Assembly: GCA_012295275.1 (NCBI GenBank)
Contig: CM022678.1
Coordinates: 3,100,001 to 3,164,000 of the forward strand
Length of the DNA stretch: 64,000 nucleotides
Source: Chrysomallon squamiferum
Taxonomy: Eukaryota; Animalia; Mollusca
Direction of reading: 5' to 3'
Shown here: positions 41,262-64,000 of the stretch, in pieces
Layout of the letters: each line of letters begins with the position of its first letter
Position numbering within the stretch: position 1 is the stretch's first letter
The notes under the pieces: generated by a model
What the model was told of the DNA's origin: nothing
The model's database searches: none
Seen by the model: the letters and a program-made list of their open reading frames with translations, nothing else
Position numbers and translations under genes: made by a program

Positions 41262-42477
41262 TGTAAACACAGATCAGGGAATATCAATATTTTCAGACAA
41301 ACAGAGCTACGTTCGTAAATAAAATAATTTAAAAAATAATATTAAAAAAATAATATAAAAATTAAAAAATTAAATTAAAAAATAATAAAAAATTAAATAA
41401 TAAATGAAAGTATTCTCATAATTTCCACTGTCTGCAAAAGTGTAAGTAATAATATCTTAGAATTTTAAAATTAATAATAATGAAAAGAATCACACGACGA
41501 TAATAAAAGGGCCATAACTGAGTTATAATATGTCAAAATAATATTATAATTATTATAGTTGAGGAATACATCTGCGATATGTATAGTAAGATGAGAACAA
41601 ATACTGCTTGAGTTGTCGGACGTGTTTAAAGAAGGGCAATAACTGCGTAAAGTAGAAGGTACAAAATAATACAAAGATAACAATGCTCTCAGCTTATTTT
41701 TAACGAAGGGCAATAATCGTATTGTAACAAATTACATATGGGCGATAACTACGTTTATGTCAACGTATAAGAATTATTTGTAGCAATCAAATATAACTGT
41801 ATCTTAACACCAAACAGAATAATGTCATATCATTTTAACATAGTAATATCTTGATAAATGCTGTCTTCAAATTACTATAAATATAGACTTAAAGAGAGAT
41901 AACTCATAAGTGAACACAGATAAGACAACTGCAAAGGCATGAATGGAACTGAAATGTCTGTCCTCAAAGAAAAAAACTTTAAAAAGTAATTTTTAAGTAC
42001 ACATATCTTCTTGTTTTAAAAGAGGTAAAAGTAAAGAAATTTTTTTTTATGCTTCCATATGTTGTGTTGTTTAGGTAGTTAATGTATATACAAGTATAAA
42101 AGTCGCATATACACATTTTGCTTTTTAGATGGCAAATGAAAGGCACCTTAAAATGAATAAATAGAGGAAAAAGTATTGTATTTACACCTGGTGGAAAGAT
42201 TTATAAAACAAATAAATATTTTAAAACATGTTAAACATAAAAATACCAGCAAGTATAAATCTTTTTTAAAAACTGCTTGTATTATTATAGAAAATATAAT
42301 CTATTTTTTGAATTTGTTTAAAGATATTTTTTTTTAATTATCATTTGTGAAACACGATGTTATATCTATAAAATGTAATGATACATTTATGTGAAAGGCA
42401 CGTGCGTACATAATTATAATTTAAAAAATAATATATATCCAAGAGTGGAGTGAAAAAGAAAGATAAAACGATGACCA

Positions 42478-42479
<2 letters not shown>

Positions 42480-42534
<55 letters not shown>

Positions 42535-42540
42535 GTAGTA

Positions 42541-42613
<73 letters not shown>

Positions 42614-42626
42614 TAGTAATAATAAT
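42480..42626. repeat. (AAT)n microsatellite
   Basis: Read directly. Confidence 0.9.
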
Positions 42627-43113
42627 GAGGTAAACGAAATGAAGACTAGAAAACACAAATAATGAAGATATGGTCCTTGCACCTTCGCACTGACTGATCA
42701 TAAATTTTGTTTCCTATTTTTATTTATTTATTTAATATGAGCTTGGGTGTTGTTCAGAATTAGATCAATAATCTGGGGCGATTCTGTTACCTATAATCCA
42801 TTTAAAAGATAATCTACAGGACCAAACATTGCTTTCACTGCTGTGTTGTAACAAGTTTATATCTTACACCTAAAACGAGCTATGTGAGGTACTGAATCTG
42901 CATATTTCAAAACTTAACTAATAGTTAAACATTTATATGATTACACTAACCATTTATTTACAGAAAACCTATATCCAATATATACTGTTAATTATATAAT
43001 TATATACTGATTAAAAAGGTTGCTAATAACTGTATATAATATACCAATACATATTTGCATAATATAATTGTAAACATAAAAACATGTTTTTATATATATT
43101 TAGATACTTGTGT

Positions 43114-43155
<42 letters not shown>

Positions 43156-43599
43156 ATGTGTTTGTGTGCATATATACACATGTATGTATGTATAAAAAAA
43201 CGAAACAGCTGCCTGTATAAAAATAGTTTTGATATAGAAATAGGTTATCACAATAACTGTATATATATAAACAGGTAATATTTATAAACATCGATATAAC
43301 TGAAATTTCAAGGTAAAAAAGCGTGTTTCTTTTCTAAAACGTTTCTGAAACACCGTCACTGAAGAGTTGTTTCCCTTCTTACGACTTTAAATTTTAATTA
43401 ATTTGTTTCTGAGATAATGTATTTAAATTATTTAAAACATTGCTTTAAACGTATATGTATTTTTGTGTTTCTACAATATGTATTTGAAAATGTATCAAAA
43501 TGGGTGCGTATGGATTCCCGTTTTACTTCAGTTTATTTTATACATAAATTTATATTTGCTGTGTATGCTTATTAGACTGTGCCAGTCTTGTATGTTGTT

Positions 43600-43692
<93 letters not shown>

Positions 43693-43789
43693 AAAACGTT
43701 ACTTATTTCGTATTAGAACTGTTTGAATGTAACGCCTCAACCTTTCGTTTTTATCCTCGCCCAAATCCTTCCCAGCAGTCAGAGTTTCC

Positions 43790-51876
<8,087 letters not shown>

Positions 51877-51880
<4 letters not shown>

Positions 51881-51897
51881 TTATTCCCAACGGCCAT
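51877..51897 (-). promoter_or_regulatory. uORF2 of SLCO (MAVGNK*), stop overlapping the main ATG (ATGA)
   Basis: agcATGGCCGTTGGGAATAAATGA; the TGA shares bases with the ATG at 51880. Confidence 0.55.
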
Positions 51898-51912
51898 GCT
51901 GGAACGTCTCTC

Positions 51913-51954
51913 TCAACTGACATTGTTGAAAACAAGAACGCTGTCGGCGGCCAT
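51913..51954 (-). promoter_or_regulatory. uORF1 of SLCO (MAADSVLVFNNVS*)
   Basis: ataATGGcc strong Kozak context, within the first coding exon (acceptor tgttccag| at 51987/51986). Confidence 0.55.
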
Positions 51955-52259
51955 TATTTCAATTACGTCAGGTGATTCCGAAGTTTCTGGAACAAACGTA
52001 AAAAAAATTGTTCTAATGAAAACCAGTGCAGTGGGAAGTATTAATTATGAAACGAATGAATGAATGAATGAATAGACATTTGCCTAAAGACGTTAAAAGA
52101 ATTTAAGTAAATATAATTATTGCTATATTTTTTAATTTTTTTATTATTAGCAAAGTATGGTTACATTTAAACAAATAAATCAACAGCTTGAAGGCACATA
52201 AACCGTTCACATTATCATAGGTTCACTTTAACCAGAAATAAATACATTGATATGTACGG

Positions 52260-52356
<97 letters not shown>

Positions 52357-52702
52357 CATATAGAAATTTATATATACATTCATATATTTATATGTTTATA
52401 ATACAAACATTCATACATTCTTACATACAAAAACTTATACATATTATACCTATATACACTCATAAAAAAAAAAACATTCAAGAATAATCAATTACGTATA
52501 TTCACAAACATATACCTACCTACCTAGCATAAAAAACTGAATGGCAAAGTCTGATTTAACTTGGCTTTTTATTAGAAATACTTATCTACATAGTATAAAG
52601 TATGTTTGCCAAAAATAATCTGCATGAATTCCTTTAACAAACATCCAGTCTAAATTAATCTTCTGAAATGACATATCACGCAAAAGATTGTACCAAGATG
52701 GC

Positions 52703-52860
<158 letters not shown>

Positions 52861-53353
52861 CCCTCCCCCCTAAACCACTTATTTTAAGAATGAAATGCAT
52901 ACCTCCTAGCCGAAAGACTTTAAGCCAATAAAACGTACAGTATCACAACACTTTTTAATTGACTTAAAAAGCACACGGAAGCGAAAAAAACAAACAACAA
53001 CAACAACCAAAAAAAAAACAGAACTCTAAATAACTGTCTTTATTATGGAAGTTGGATAAACATGTGTGTTTACATTTCTCCTTAAATATGCTTCGATTAA
53101 GATACACAGAGGCACACACACTCAGGTTTTTGGGGAGATAGCGACACCTAGGTTATTCTGACACTGTACTCGGCTCACTGCAACGTGGTCCAACGTTTAC
53201 GTAAGACGATTGCACTGTACAGAACAAGCACTCTATAAATTTAGGAAAGCGATGAAACTCAACACTCTAATTAGCTCAGTGCAGCGGTAAATTGTGATCC
53301 TGGAATGGATCTTTGGTTAAAGATTCCTCAGCGCATTAAAGCAACAGTAACGA

Positions 53354-53411
<58 letters not shown>

Positions 53412-53525
53412 TAATAACAACAATAACAATAATAATATAACAATTATGATAACAGTAACAATAACAATATTAATATAATAATAATGATAACAATAACAAC
53501 AATAACGATAAGAACAACAACAATA

Positions 53526-53587
<62 letters not shown>

Positions 53588-53813
53588 CGATAATGATAAA
53601 ATAAAAAAGAATAAATGTTTAAAGCAGTTATAAGGAGTCAGTTATGTTTTTCTAAAATAACTACACTAGAATGAAGTTTTAGTTTCGAGGACTTCTCTTA
53701 CCAGTTAACAAGAAATCTGACATATGGAAGCTTCCATTTACAGAAAATACAAACTAAAGGCTTTTGATTAGGTAATCTAAGAGATCTAGATAGAACGGGA
53801 AGTAACAGAATGT

Positions 53814-53860
53814 GGGACTAATGAGCATTGATCCCGCGATCTGCCACTGAGCTATTATCC
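53814..53860 (-). mobile_element. Degenerate tRNA-derived SINE head fragment
   Basis: The - strand reads ggataaTAGCTCAGTGGcagatcgcgGGATCAATgctc: an A-box and a degraded B-box with the intervening arm missing. Confidence 0.35.
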
Positions 53861-53994
53861 TCTACAGACAAATTCTTGAGTTACATATCGCGATGCATTT
53901 GCCTGTAACCTTTGAAACATTAAGATAGCTTTTATTTAGAGCAGATGATAAATTTCCATCCTTACCAGAACTGGTGTAGTGACGTCATTGGTTT

Positions 53995-54025
<31 letters not shown>

Positions 54026-54138
54026 AAAAATTCTAAATCTACATAAAATATTTATTGGTAGAAACGTTATTTGACCTTCAGTTTAACATCAGTAATCTTA
54101 TTATTTGATTTATAATATGGTTCATGGTTATTGTTGCT

Positions 54139-54435
<297 letters not shown>

Positions 54436-55313
54436 TCAGACAGTAATTAAGACAGGTACCACAGCGTTGAAAGGGTTAACAAGACGTCACTGAGCATGCA
54501 GTAGCTGGTGCCACGTGTTGCCGTGTTACACGAATGCGACCCAGGCGGAAATGCTGATATCGCTCAACTCTGAACGCGAAGGAGGCTCCATTGGGACCAC
54601 TTTTCTTTGTTAAACTTTTAACAGCAATCGTTGTTTTGATAATCTGTTAATACTAAACTGAATTAGCGATAATAATAAATGTTTATATACCCCTTCTTTT
54701 CTTTCAGTAATCCTCTAGGCTCTTAATATCATCAGAAACAAACACACATCGTGGAGTGTGTCTAACCGTATTAATGAATTGTTTAAAACGTGTAATGAAA
54801 ATATTTTAAAAAAAAAATTAGGTTGAAAAACAGCTGACTGAAATGAGTTATAGATTTTAGCAAACAACAGCTGTTGTTGTTGTTGTTGTTGTTGTTGTTT
54901 TTTTGTGGTATTTTTAATTTTTTTTTGTTTTTGCATTTTTGATAATTTACACACAGAAATGACTTTATGAAACAAAACAAAACCAAAGAAAAAACCCACA
55001 GTGCTGAGTATCGATTCAAAATATTCAGCTAGAGAACTTAACAATGCCGTTTTCTTTTGTGGCATATAGACAATCAGTTTATAGAAATGACAGTAGAAAA
55101 ATAAAATTTAAACTGATTATACTTTATGAGACATCATATAATCATCAAGATTTATTTCACTAATTAATAATTATATATTACTAAATAGAAACGAATTGTT
55201 CAACAGATCAAGTCGCAAGCAAACACTTGATATCAGTATCTTACAACAGAGTGACAGGCATAACTGTAATATAGATTATTATTATTATTATTATTATTAC
55301 AGGTACCGGACCA

Positions 55314-55625
55314 ATTATCCGGAATCCTTGGGGCCTGAGGCATTCCGGATTTCTGGATTTTCCGGTTTTCTGGTACCAAGGCATCTAAATACGTAAATAA
55401 TTAAGCATAAACATTTTAAAACTAAAAACATAAAGAAAATTGACGAAACACAACTGTGGCGACTCGACACCTAAACAATGCGGCGAGTGAATGAACGCCA
55501 CGCGACTTGAACGAGTAGATCCGGTCTGGTGAGGACAACACCCGCGCGAGCGAACTATGAAAATAGCGTCGGGGAAAAAAAAATCCGGTTTTCTGGTCTT
55601 TCCGGATTTCAGGATGCCGGATAAT
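55314..55625. mobile_element. MITE with inverted ends and TCCGG subterminal repeats
   Basis: attatccggaatccttg (left) vs tcaggatgccggataat (right; reverse complement attatccggcatcctga). Several tccggattt/tccggtttt motifs lie at both ends around a GC-richer core. Confidence 0.65.
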
Positions 55626-56137
55626 AATAATAATAATAATTATTATTATTATTTTTACCGGCTCTGAAGATCTATCGTGCTCGAGCTAATTCCAAAAACG
55701 CGAAGCACGAGCTTTGGGAACCTCATGCATCATGCCGGTGCTTTACTCCTAGATCATGATATGGCGCCTACAGTAAATAAACCATAACAATTGAAACCAA
55801 ATTTAGAAGTCATGCTTGTGCAAACTCCCCCCCCCTCCTCCCCATCCACAAACGCTTGGAGCGAAGGAGGTTTAGTGTTTTGTTTGGCAATTACCAGTTT
55901 GTTGGAGTGATAAGCAACCAAAGGTCTTTGCAAAGTGGTGCCAAACAACCACCGCCATCTTTAAATAACCAAATAAGTCAGGTATGAGTAATTATTATTG
56001 TATTGCTTGTAACGAAAAGGGAAGGGTTTCAGGAAACTGTTGCTGAAATAATAACGACTACCACTACGAAGTAGCACAGTAGCCGCAACAATAACAAATA
56101 AACAAACAAACAAACAAATAAATAAATAAACAAATAA

Positions 56138-56212
<75 letters not shown>

Positions 56213-58403
56213 AAGAAGAAGAAAAGGAATTAAAATATATTCGTTTGACATTTCAAGATTTTTTTTATATGACAGGCAGTAGATTATCTGTACTGTGGAA
56301 TGAAATAAGAAAATACAAAAAGTGATCTGTAATGTGGTTATATATGTATAGTAAGTGCATAAATTATGAGAGAGAGAGAGAGATCGTCGCAACAAACAAA
56401 TAAATAAATCAATCAGAGAATTATAAAGTAAAAATAATTTAACAGTATTTTAAAATTAACAATGATGACTTCGTTAGGGAATTAAACAAAATCGGATTAT
56501 CCCACTTTAAAAGGACACAGTTAATCGTAATCCATCAGTTTAATTCTTAAATGTGACAATCCGGATCTCAAGCCACAGTTTTATTTACACGCGCAGTTCT
56601 GACATTCTTCTCTTCAGTAGGATACCGATTAGCCTACATTTTTGTTTTGTTTCTCTCTCTTTCTTCTTTCTCGTTTTTGTTTCCACGTTTATTTATTTAT
56701 TTATTTATTTTATATTAGACTTGAAAGTCACCGAGAAACGTGAATCTGCTGCAATGTTGACTGTCGCCGTGGGCGTTGTGCTGCGACGGTGTTAACAATG
56801 TCGTAGTGTCAATGACTTCGCGTTCGTGAGGATCGGGGATCAAACTCCCGTTCCGAAAAAGCAGAATATATATTACTCCTTTCCAAAATAATTATCATTA
56901 ATTATGTAAGCACACGTAAGCATGCATGTGTTTCTATCATCAATATTTTGTTTTGCTATTTCATGCTAACCTTTTCACAATAATTATAATAAATACATTA
57001 TGCACGGAAAAAAAAAAGGTTGCATGAGTATGTTTGTATCACGAGTAATTATGTAATGCATACTTCACTCTTTATTTATTTCTATTTTGTTAAATATGTC
57101 CGTACATGGTTTATTAACGGATTACAAAATCATTGCAAAACACATGTTACATCATATGTGATCACGTGATGTCCGCTCGATCGCACCGCATCACCTGATT
57201 TAATGAATGGTGTGACGTATCGCATTGTATAAACATCAGTGGAACCTTTCAGTGCATTAATACATAGGAAGGAAAATACCATAGCGTTTAATACACAGTT
57301 TTTTTTTTTTTTTTTTTTTTATGTACTGGCTGGAATACTCATTATTACGATGAGTAATGAAAATTATTGTTATTGTTATTAATCTTTTATATATTTATTT
57401 ATTTATTTACTTACTTACTTCCTTATTATTTATTTATTTATTTACTTACTTACTTCCTTATTTATTTATTTATTATTAGTTGAGTTTAAGGTGTGTTTTT
57501 TTTATGATTTTTTCTTTCTCAAAATGAAATACGCGCAAGCCAATCTTGTGTTCGTTTATAAAAAAAAACACAGTGATCTTGTTTCTCCGTGTTTATCTAA
57601 TTATATTTAGATAGACATCGGCTGAGCGGGAGGTACAAATCGTAGCAGCCTTTCCACGTGCAGAGGGGGAAGTGAGCAGCACGACTACATGTAAAACAGG
57701 AATGTTTTTAAATATCATCATTCCACATCTACAACAAACATTCACACATGGTGAACTTCGCAGGAGGAGGCCAGAATAAATTTCAGGGAAACATGGTTCT
57801 TAACAAAAAAAAAAAAAAAAAAAATCTACAAAACAACAACAAAAATAATACACAAATACATAAATGAATAACTGATATACACATAAATACACCCCTCACA
57901 CACACACACACATACGCACACAGCGAGTAGAACTGATCCAATCAGTTAAAAGATCATATACCGATCTCTGAATGCACATATTATAATGAATGTTTATTTA
58001 ATATGTTAATATATAAGTTTTTGAATGTGTATGTATCTGTGTGTGCATTTGTATACCTATATGTGATATAGTTATATGTATATATGTATGTATGTACGAA
58101 TATGTGTTAGTGTTTTTTATGTTTATTTTTCATGTTTCTATTTAGGTGTATATCTGTATCTATATCTGTATATGTGTATTATCATGTTTGTATTTATCTG
58201 TATAACTGTATAATCGTTTGTGGTGAGTAATGTACGTATTAAGGTACGTAGATGAATGAATTACAGTAGAGTTTGTGTATGTATAAACCAAAGCGTATCT
58301 GAATGTGTTTTTTACAGTTAATCTCCATTTTGTTTTTTCATTATTATTTATCTTTTAAAATGAATAAATTTACACTATCGTTTTGAAGGTGTGCAGCTGC
58401 TTT

Positions 58404-58441
<38 letters not shown>

Positions 58442-58901
58442 GTTATTATTATTATTATTATTTTGTCCTCAGTAGCATTTTCTGCGTTGAGAGGTGGAAC
58501 ATTTTGTTTTGTCTACGATTTCTGATAAGAAGAGTAACTGACATGGAAATGAATGAAAAGAATGCACGATACTCATCATACTGGATGAAGATTTTTCTGC
58601 ATGGTGTATTTTGTACAAACAGTTTTGTTTTCAGAAACAATAAAGCTTGGGAAAATTCACCAGTTCAACAAACAGACTACGTTTATTTATACACACGTAA
58701 TTATTTTCTGAAAATGCGCGAATATAGGAAAGAAAGGGCTTGAATACTTATTAATGTGTAGTGCGTGTGTATGTATGTTGAATGTGTGTGTATGTTATGA
58801 ATATATATGTATGTGGCTATGTGAACCGTTGCAAGTGTGTATAATATTACTGTCACATAGTAATAATAAAATAAAAAAGAATGTAGCCAAATGCTGCCGC
58901 T

Positions 58902-58940
<39 letters not shown>

Positions 58941-60588
58941 TTTTATTACTTAATTTCGTTTTTGGTCTTACTGTCAGTTTGCGCGTGTGTGTATATGTGT
59001 GTATGTGAGTGGGTGTGTAAGCGTGTCAGTGTATGTTATGCAAACAAGGTTAAGTATTATGACAGAACATCAAAATTGACAGACTAAATTATATCTATCT
59101 ATCATCTGTGAGCAATTAAAGGATTTTCTTTTTCTTTTTTTTTTTTTTTTTTGTTAGATGTTTATAAGATTTTTGTCATAAATTTCCATTTTGAAACACT
59201 TCTCACAAAATAACGAGAGAACCACATCGTGCAATAAAACCCCCAAAATAGGCTGACAGGTAGGTTTAAAACTTACTGCTGGTTTGCTTTCCAACTCTTT
59301 CTTTTCTACGATTTTTTCATTATTTTAATCAAATCTGTTTAATACTGATATTAACAGCATCATAAATGTCTTGAAAGCGACAATGCATTTAATACAAGCA
59401 ATATTTACGGTTTTATTAACGTATGGCATTTTCATATATTTGTTATCTTGCCTGCTGTTACAAAGAATAATCAATTCTGTGTACGGCAATTATTTAATGA
59501 CCGTGTGGCAAGTCTAGTTTTCCCTCACTCTTTATGTGACGTGTAGGCCACGTTGTAACCATATTGAGCTGAACGCCAAGCAGCCGAACTGTTTTCCGTT
59601 TACAAAACTTCATTTCCCTTCGATTAAACCTTAACTATATTTTCTCAGACCCTGAAAGAATCCAGTACAACGACAGCTAATGGTGTACAGTGCCCGCGTA
59701 CATCAACAACGTTGTTAGTTTTTCTTCTATTTGTTTTCGTTTTGTTTTGTTTTTCTCCCCTAACGAGTATTTCGCTGACTTCACGTTAACTAACACTGTA
59801 TTTGCTATTAATAATAGTAGCTAGAAAAGTTTATCGTACTTACATGTCAGTTCCGTATTCGAGTTAGTAGTTCGTAGAAGCATGCATCTATTCAATGAAT
59901 CATTTTTCATAAAAACGTGCCAGCATTCCTTAAACAAAACACAAGCGATGAAAAAGTTGTGAAAGTTCTTTCCTACCTGTTTGTATCGTCTGCTCGCGCG
60001 CTCTGTTTTCTAGCAGCGCAGACGTGGACTCGCTCGCCAACCAAACGGCTCAAAGATGCGGCGGAGACTTTCACATCACCGTTGTAAAGAAACAAAAAAT
60101 AAATCTCTTTCTTTTTTTTTTTTTTTTTTTTTTTAAAAACCACCTTCCGGATAGCTAATTATGTCTAACTAGGTTTTCTGTATGATTATCACTAGTGAAG
60201 TTTAATGAAGTTGGCTGTTTCATAATGAATGTCAAACTGAATGACGTATACACTGGGTGATTCCCATTGCCTCTCGGCGAAACCAGAAATGGATCAATCA
60301 AAGTGGCAGGCAAACACCAAAACCTGGCCTCGTCCGAAAAGGGGTTCTGGAGGGGTATACAATTTAAAAAAATAAAATAATAATAATAATAATTACAAAA
60401 AGAACGGAAAACTAATAGAGAAGAGAAAAAAAATATGAAAAACAGAAATATATAGTGGATTTACATTTAATTTGAAAGATGAAATGTCGTAAACTTCTTA
60501 AAAAAAAAAAAAAAAAAAATAAATAAATAAGATAAATTTAAATGCAATAAAAACAATAAATAAATAAATAAATAAAATAATAAAATAA

Positions 60589-60637
<49 letters not shown>

Positions 60638-61438
60638 GTATATCAGAGTGCACAAGTACATTCCTAAACGACGACTGTAACAACAGTAGTAGCAGCATCA
60701 ACAACATTAACAACAACAACAAAAAAAATTCAATGATACGATATGGTTTTTGTTGTTACTACTACAAAAATGTGTAAAAACATATCATACATATCGTTGA
60801 ATTTGTTTGTTGTTGTTTTGTTATGTTTTTGTTAGAAAAGTATGTCTGTCTGTCTGTCTGTCTGTATGTATGTATGTATGTATGTATGTATGTATGTATG
60901 TATGTATGTATGTATGTTAGTCTCATCCAATGATAGTGACTTCTCTTCTGACATCGTAACTTTTCCTTGGAAACAGAATTTGGTTATGTGTATTATGGGT
61001 AATACGGTGTCATTATTATCATATTCAGTTTTCAGTAACAGATAAATTCACACTGTTAAACAAAAAAAAAAAAAAAAAAAAAAAAATTAAGAGAGTGAGA
61101 GAGAGATAAATAATTAAATAAACACGAAGAAAAGAGAGACAGAGATACAGAGAGAGAGAGACAGAAAGAGAAAGAGTGACCGAGTAAGAGAAAAAGATAT
61201 AGACAGACAGAAATGTAAATTAAGAAATAATGTTATGTGTATATAAGATATAGAGAATGAAAGATCAAATTAAATATAAAGGATAAAACCAAATAAATAA
61301 ATAATAATAAAAATTGATTTAATTTTACTTTTCCTTTCTTTTCTTTCTTTCTTTCGAATTAACATTTAACAAAATATACTTTTAATAACATTTTTTATGT
61401 GAATGGACATTTAACACATATATACATTTCTTCTTATT

Positions 61439-61470
<32 letters not shown>

Positions 61471-62047
61471 TTGTGACGTCGTCATTACTGACTTTAATGG
61501 GCGTTTACTATAAAATAACTTCCCGTCATAGTTATTTTAATACATCGAAGTAAAATTGGGAGTCTGTACATGCTGATAATATTACTTCACTTCCGGAATA
61601 AAGAGATAATTTCCGGTTGGCACAAAAATAACGAGAACGGCAACTAAAAATAGATCTTGAATTTGTCCTTTGTTAGAAGTAATAATAATAATAATAACAA
61701 TAATAATAATTACAACAACAACAACAACTAAAATAATAATAATAACATCAACGACAATAACAACAACAACAACAACAACAATAATAATAATAATAATAAA
61801 ACTCAAAACAAATATTTCTACTACTATTACAACAAAAACAACAGCAACAACAACTACTACTACTACCGCCATCATTACCAGTACTTTGAACTGCTTCTTG
61901 TACTACTGCTACCACTACTACTATCAATACTATTACAACTACCACTATTACTGCTACTTTTTGCTACTACTAAAACTACTAATTCTACTATTAGTACTGC
62001 TACTACTATTACCACTACCACTACTATTACTACGACTACTACAAAAC

Positions 62048-62094
<47 letters not shown>

Positions 62095-62413
62095 GTGGAA
62101 TGTGTTTTCTGATCAGTACACAACGTGTCTGAACTGTTGCCTGAGTTCAATATTTATTATCTTGGAAAATGTAGACAGACAGACAGACAGACAGACAGAC
62201 ATTAACCTACATATCTGTATTAACCAAGAATTCATTACCTGTCTTTTATTACGTCACGTCGTTTATTTATTAGACAGTGTTCATAATCACAGCTTATTCA
62301 TTAAATCTGTACAGTTTCCAAGTCTGGGTTCACTGCATGGGGTCCCGTTTGAAGTTTTGCAGTTCAAAGTTGCTGTTATCCAAAGTATCCAAAGTCAATC
62401 AATAAATAAATGT

Positions 62414-62457
<44 letters not shown>

Positions 62458-62770
62458 ACAAAAAAACAACAACAACAAACAAACAAAAAAATAAAAAATA
62501 AAAAGAACCAAAAGTGTTGTATGAATGGATTTTTTTACGACACGTCAAAACATTTTTATGTAACAATCTTTTATAGAGAAGAAAACGGTCTGAGCCATTG
62601 AGTATGCTATTTATATCAGCAAGGAGCCATATGTTCAATATTTCGTAGAAAGGAAAATACATAAATCGGCTTCTGATAACGTTTAGTATTCCAGACTGAG
62701 GTGGGACAGAAAAGGAAAGAAATTTATATCAGTTCTAAGAATAGAGACTGCATATGCCGAAACTCAATTA

Positions 62771-62826
<56 letters not shown>

Positions 62827-62861
62827 AATAAATAAATAAATAAATAATAATAAATAAATAA

Positions 62862-62948
<87 letters not shown>

Positions 62949-64000
62949 AATAAATAAAATAAAATAAAACATAAAAATAAAATAAAATATTGGGTTCATA
63001 GCTTTTTTAAAATGAAACTCAAACATAATATTTACATATCTGGTCATAGATTTAGTGAACCACACGTCTGCCATTTTATTCCATTATCTCTTGCCCTCTT
63101 TGAGAAGGCTTCGTGATTTCCTGCTCTCAGAATTTGGCATTTTTCTTGGTGATAAGCTAAACACTACGAACTTTTGTTGTTCCAACCCAGTATTTAACTT
63201 TAAGAAAGCCTCTGCATTTTTCATCTTCTTATATTAATGCTGTTTGTTATCAGTATGATAAAATATTACCGTGGTTAAAATACAATTACTTATCATTAAT
63301 GACAACAACTTTTGCAGCAACAGCAACAGCAGCAGCATCAACAACAACAACCGTAATAATAAAAATTACTACTAGGACTACAATACTACTATATAAATAA
63401 GTAAATAAATAAGTAAATAAAGTTATAAGTGGCGAAAAACAACAACAGCAAAAACAACAACAATAAAAACAACCAACCAACAAATCAAAGAAAGTACAAA
63501 CAAACAAATAAATAAATAAATAAAAAAAAAAAAATAAATAAAATAAAAAAAATTAAAAAATAAACAAAAATAAAATAAAATAGAATCAAATAGAATAAAA
63601 TAAAATAAACAAAACAAGAATAAAACTGAATAAAATAAAATAAAAATTACAAATAAACAAAAATAAAAATAAAAATAAAACAAAAATCAAAAAATAAAAT
63701 AAAACCCTAACACACCCAAACCCCAACAATAATCGTTTGATGACACGTGACATTATACCAGCCTCGCCCCTATCACGAAATCAACCTTCACCAACAAAAC
63801 ACTATTTCCGATGCGCAATTTATTCTGCGCATACGTGAAAAACATCATATCCTTTCTCCGATATCAAGCAATCTACAGCTATGAGGGCAGTCAGAGTAAT
63901 CTCCCATTGTTGTCGAAGGATCGCGATAAACATTTGCTTTTAATTACGTTTGACAAAACTGACTGAAAATGTTAAATGATTAAGGAAAGTTTAGATAACG

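Noticed and set aside
54468-54480. aaagggttaa as a piggyBac terminus
   Set aside because: No matching ttaaccc partner end or transposase nearby.
56800-56856. tRNA-like segment with a B-box-like ggatcaaactccc (also tagctcagtg near 53271)
   Set aside because: No cloverleaf or acceptor stem can be drawn; at most SINE debris.
58458-58743. Non-repetitive ORFs of 60-79 aa
   Set aside because: No recognisable motif or consistent splice sites; likely chance or decayed repeat within the SLCO 5' intron.

Overview
AT-rich, microsatellite-dense eukaryotic genomic DNA from an invertebrate animal. A mollusc or other lophotrochozoan is my guess from gene content and repeat style, not proven. Three spliced protein-coding genes could be rebuilt by hand with phase-consistent GT-AG junctions. 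(1) + strand, <1-15210: the 3' part (about 4,136 codons in the window) of a giant single-pass membrane protein. It has six tandem ~600-650 aa super-repeats of [laminin-type EGFs]-[VWD lacking GDPH]-[LamG/pentraxin]-[C8-like], an apparent 1-nt frameshift in an A5 run at 2026-2030, a furin-type RRRRR site and an 8.6-kb terminal exon. (2) - strand, 18726-20041: a two-coding-exon FAM167-family gene (208 aa), probably with long 5' UTR introns. (3) - strand, 43790-51880: an 11-coding-exon SLCO/OATP transporter (669 aa, SLCO4-like) preceded by two uORFs. The rest is intron, UTR or intergenic DNA with microsatellites, minisatellites and small MITE/SINE remnants. Almost all short ORFs in the supplied track are microsatellite artefacts. 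The best candidate for an undescribed system is the VWD-LamG-C8-EGF tandem receptor. Also notable are a sharp CpG boundary near 16-17 kb and a recurrent CGTCTGC motif near putative 5' exons.
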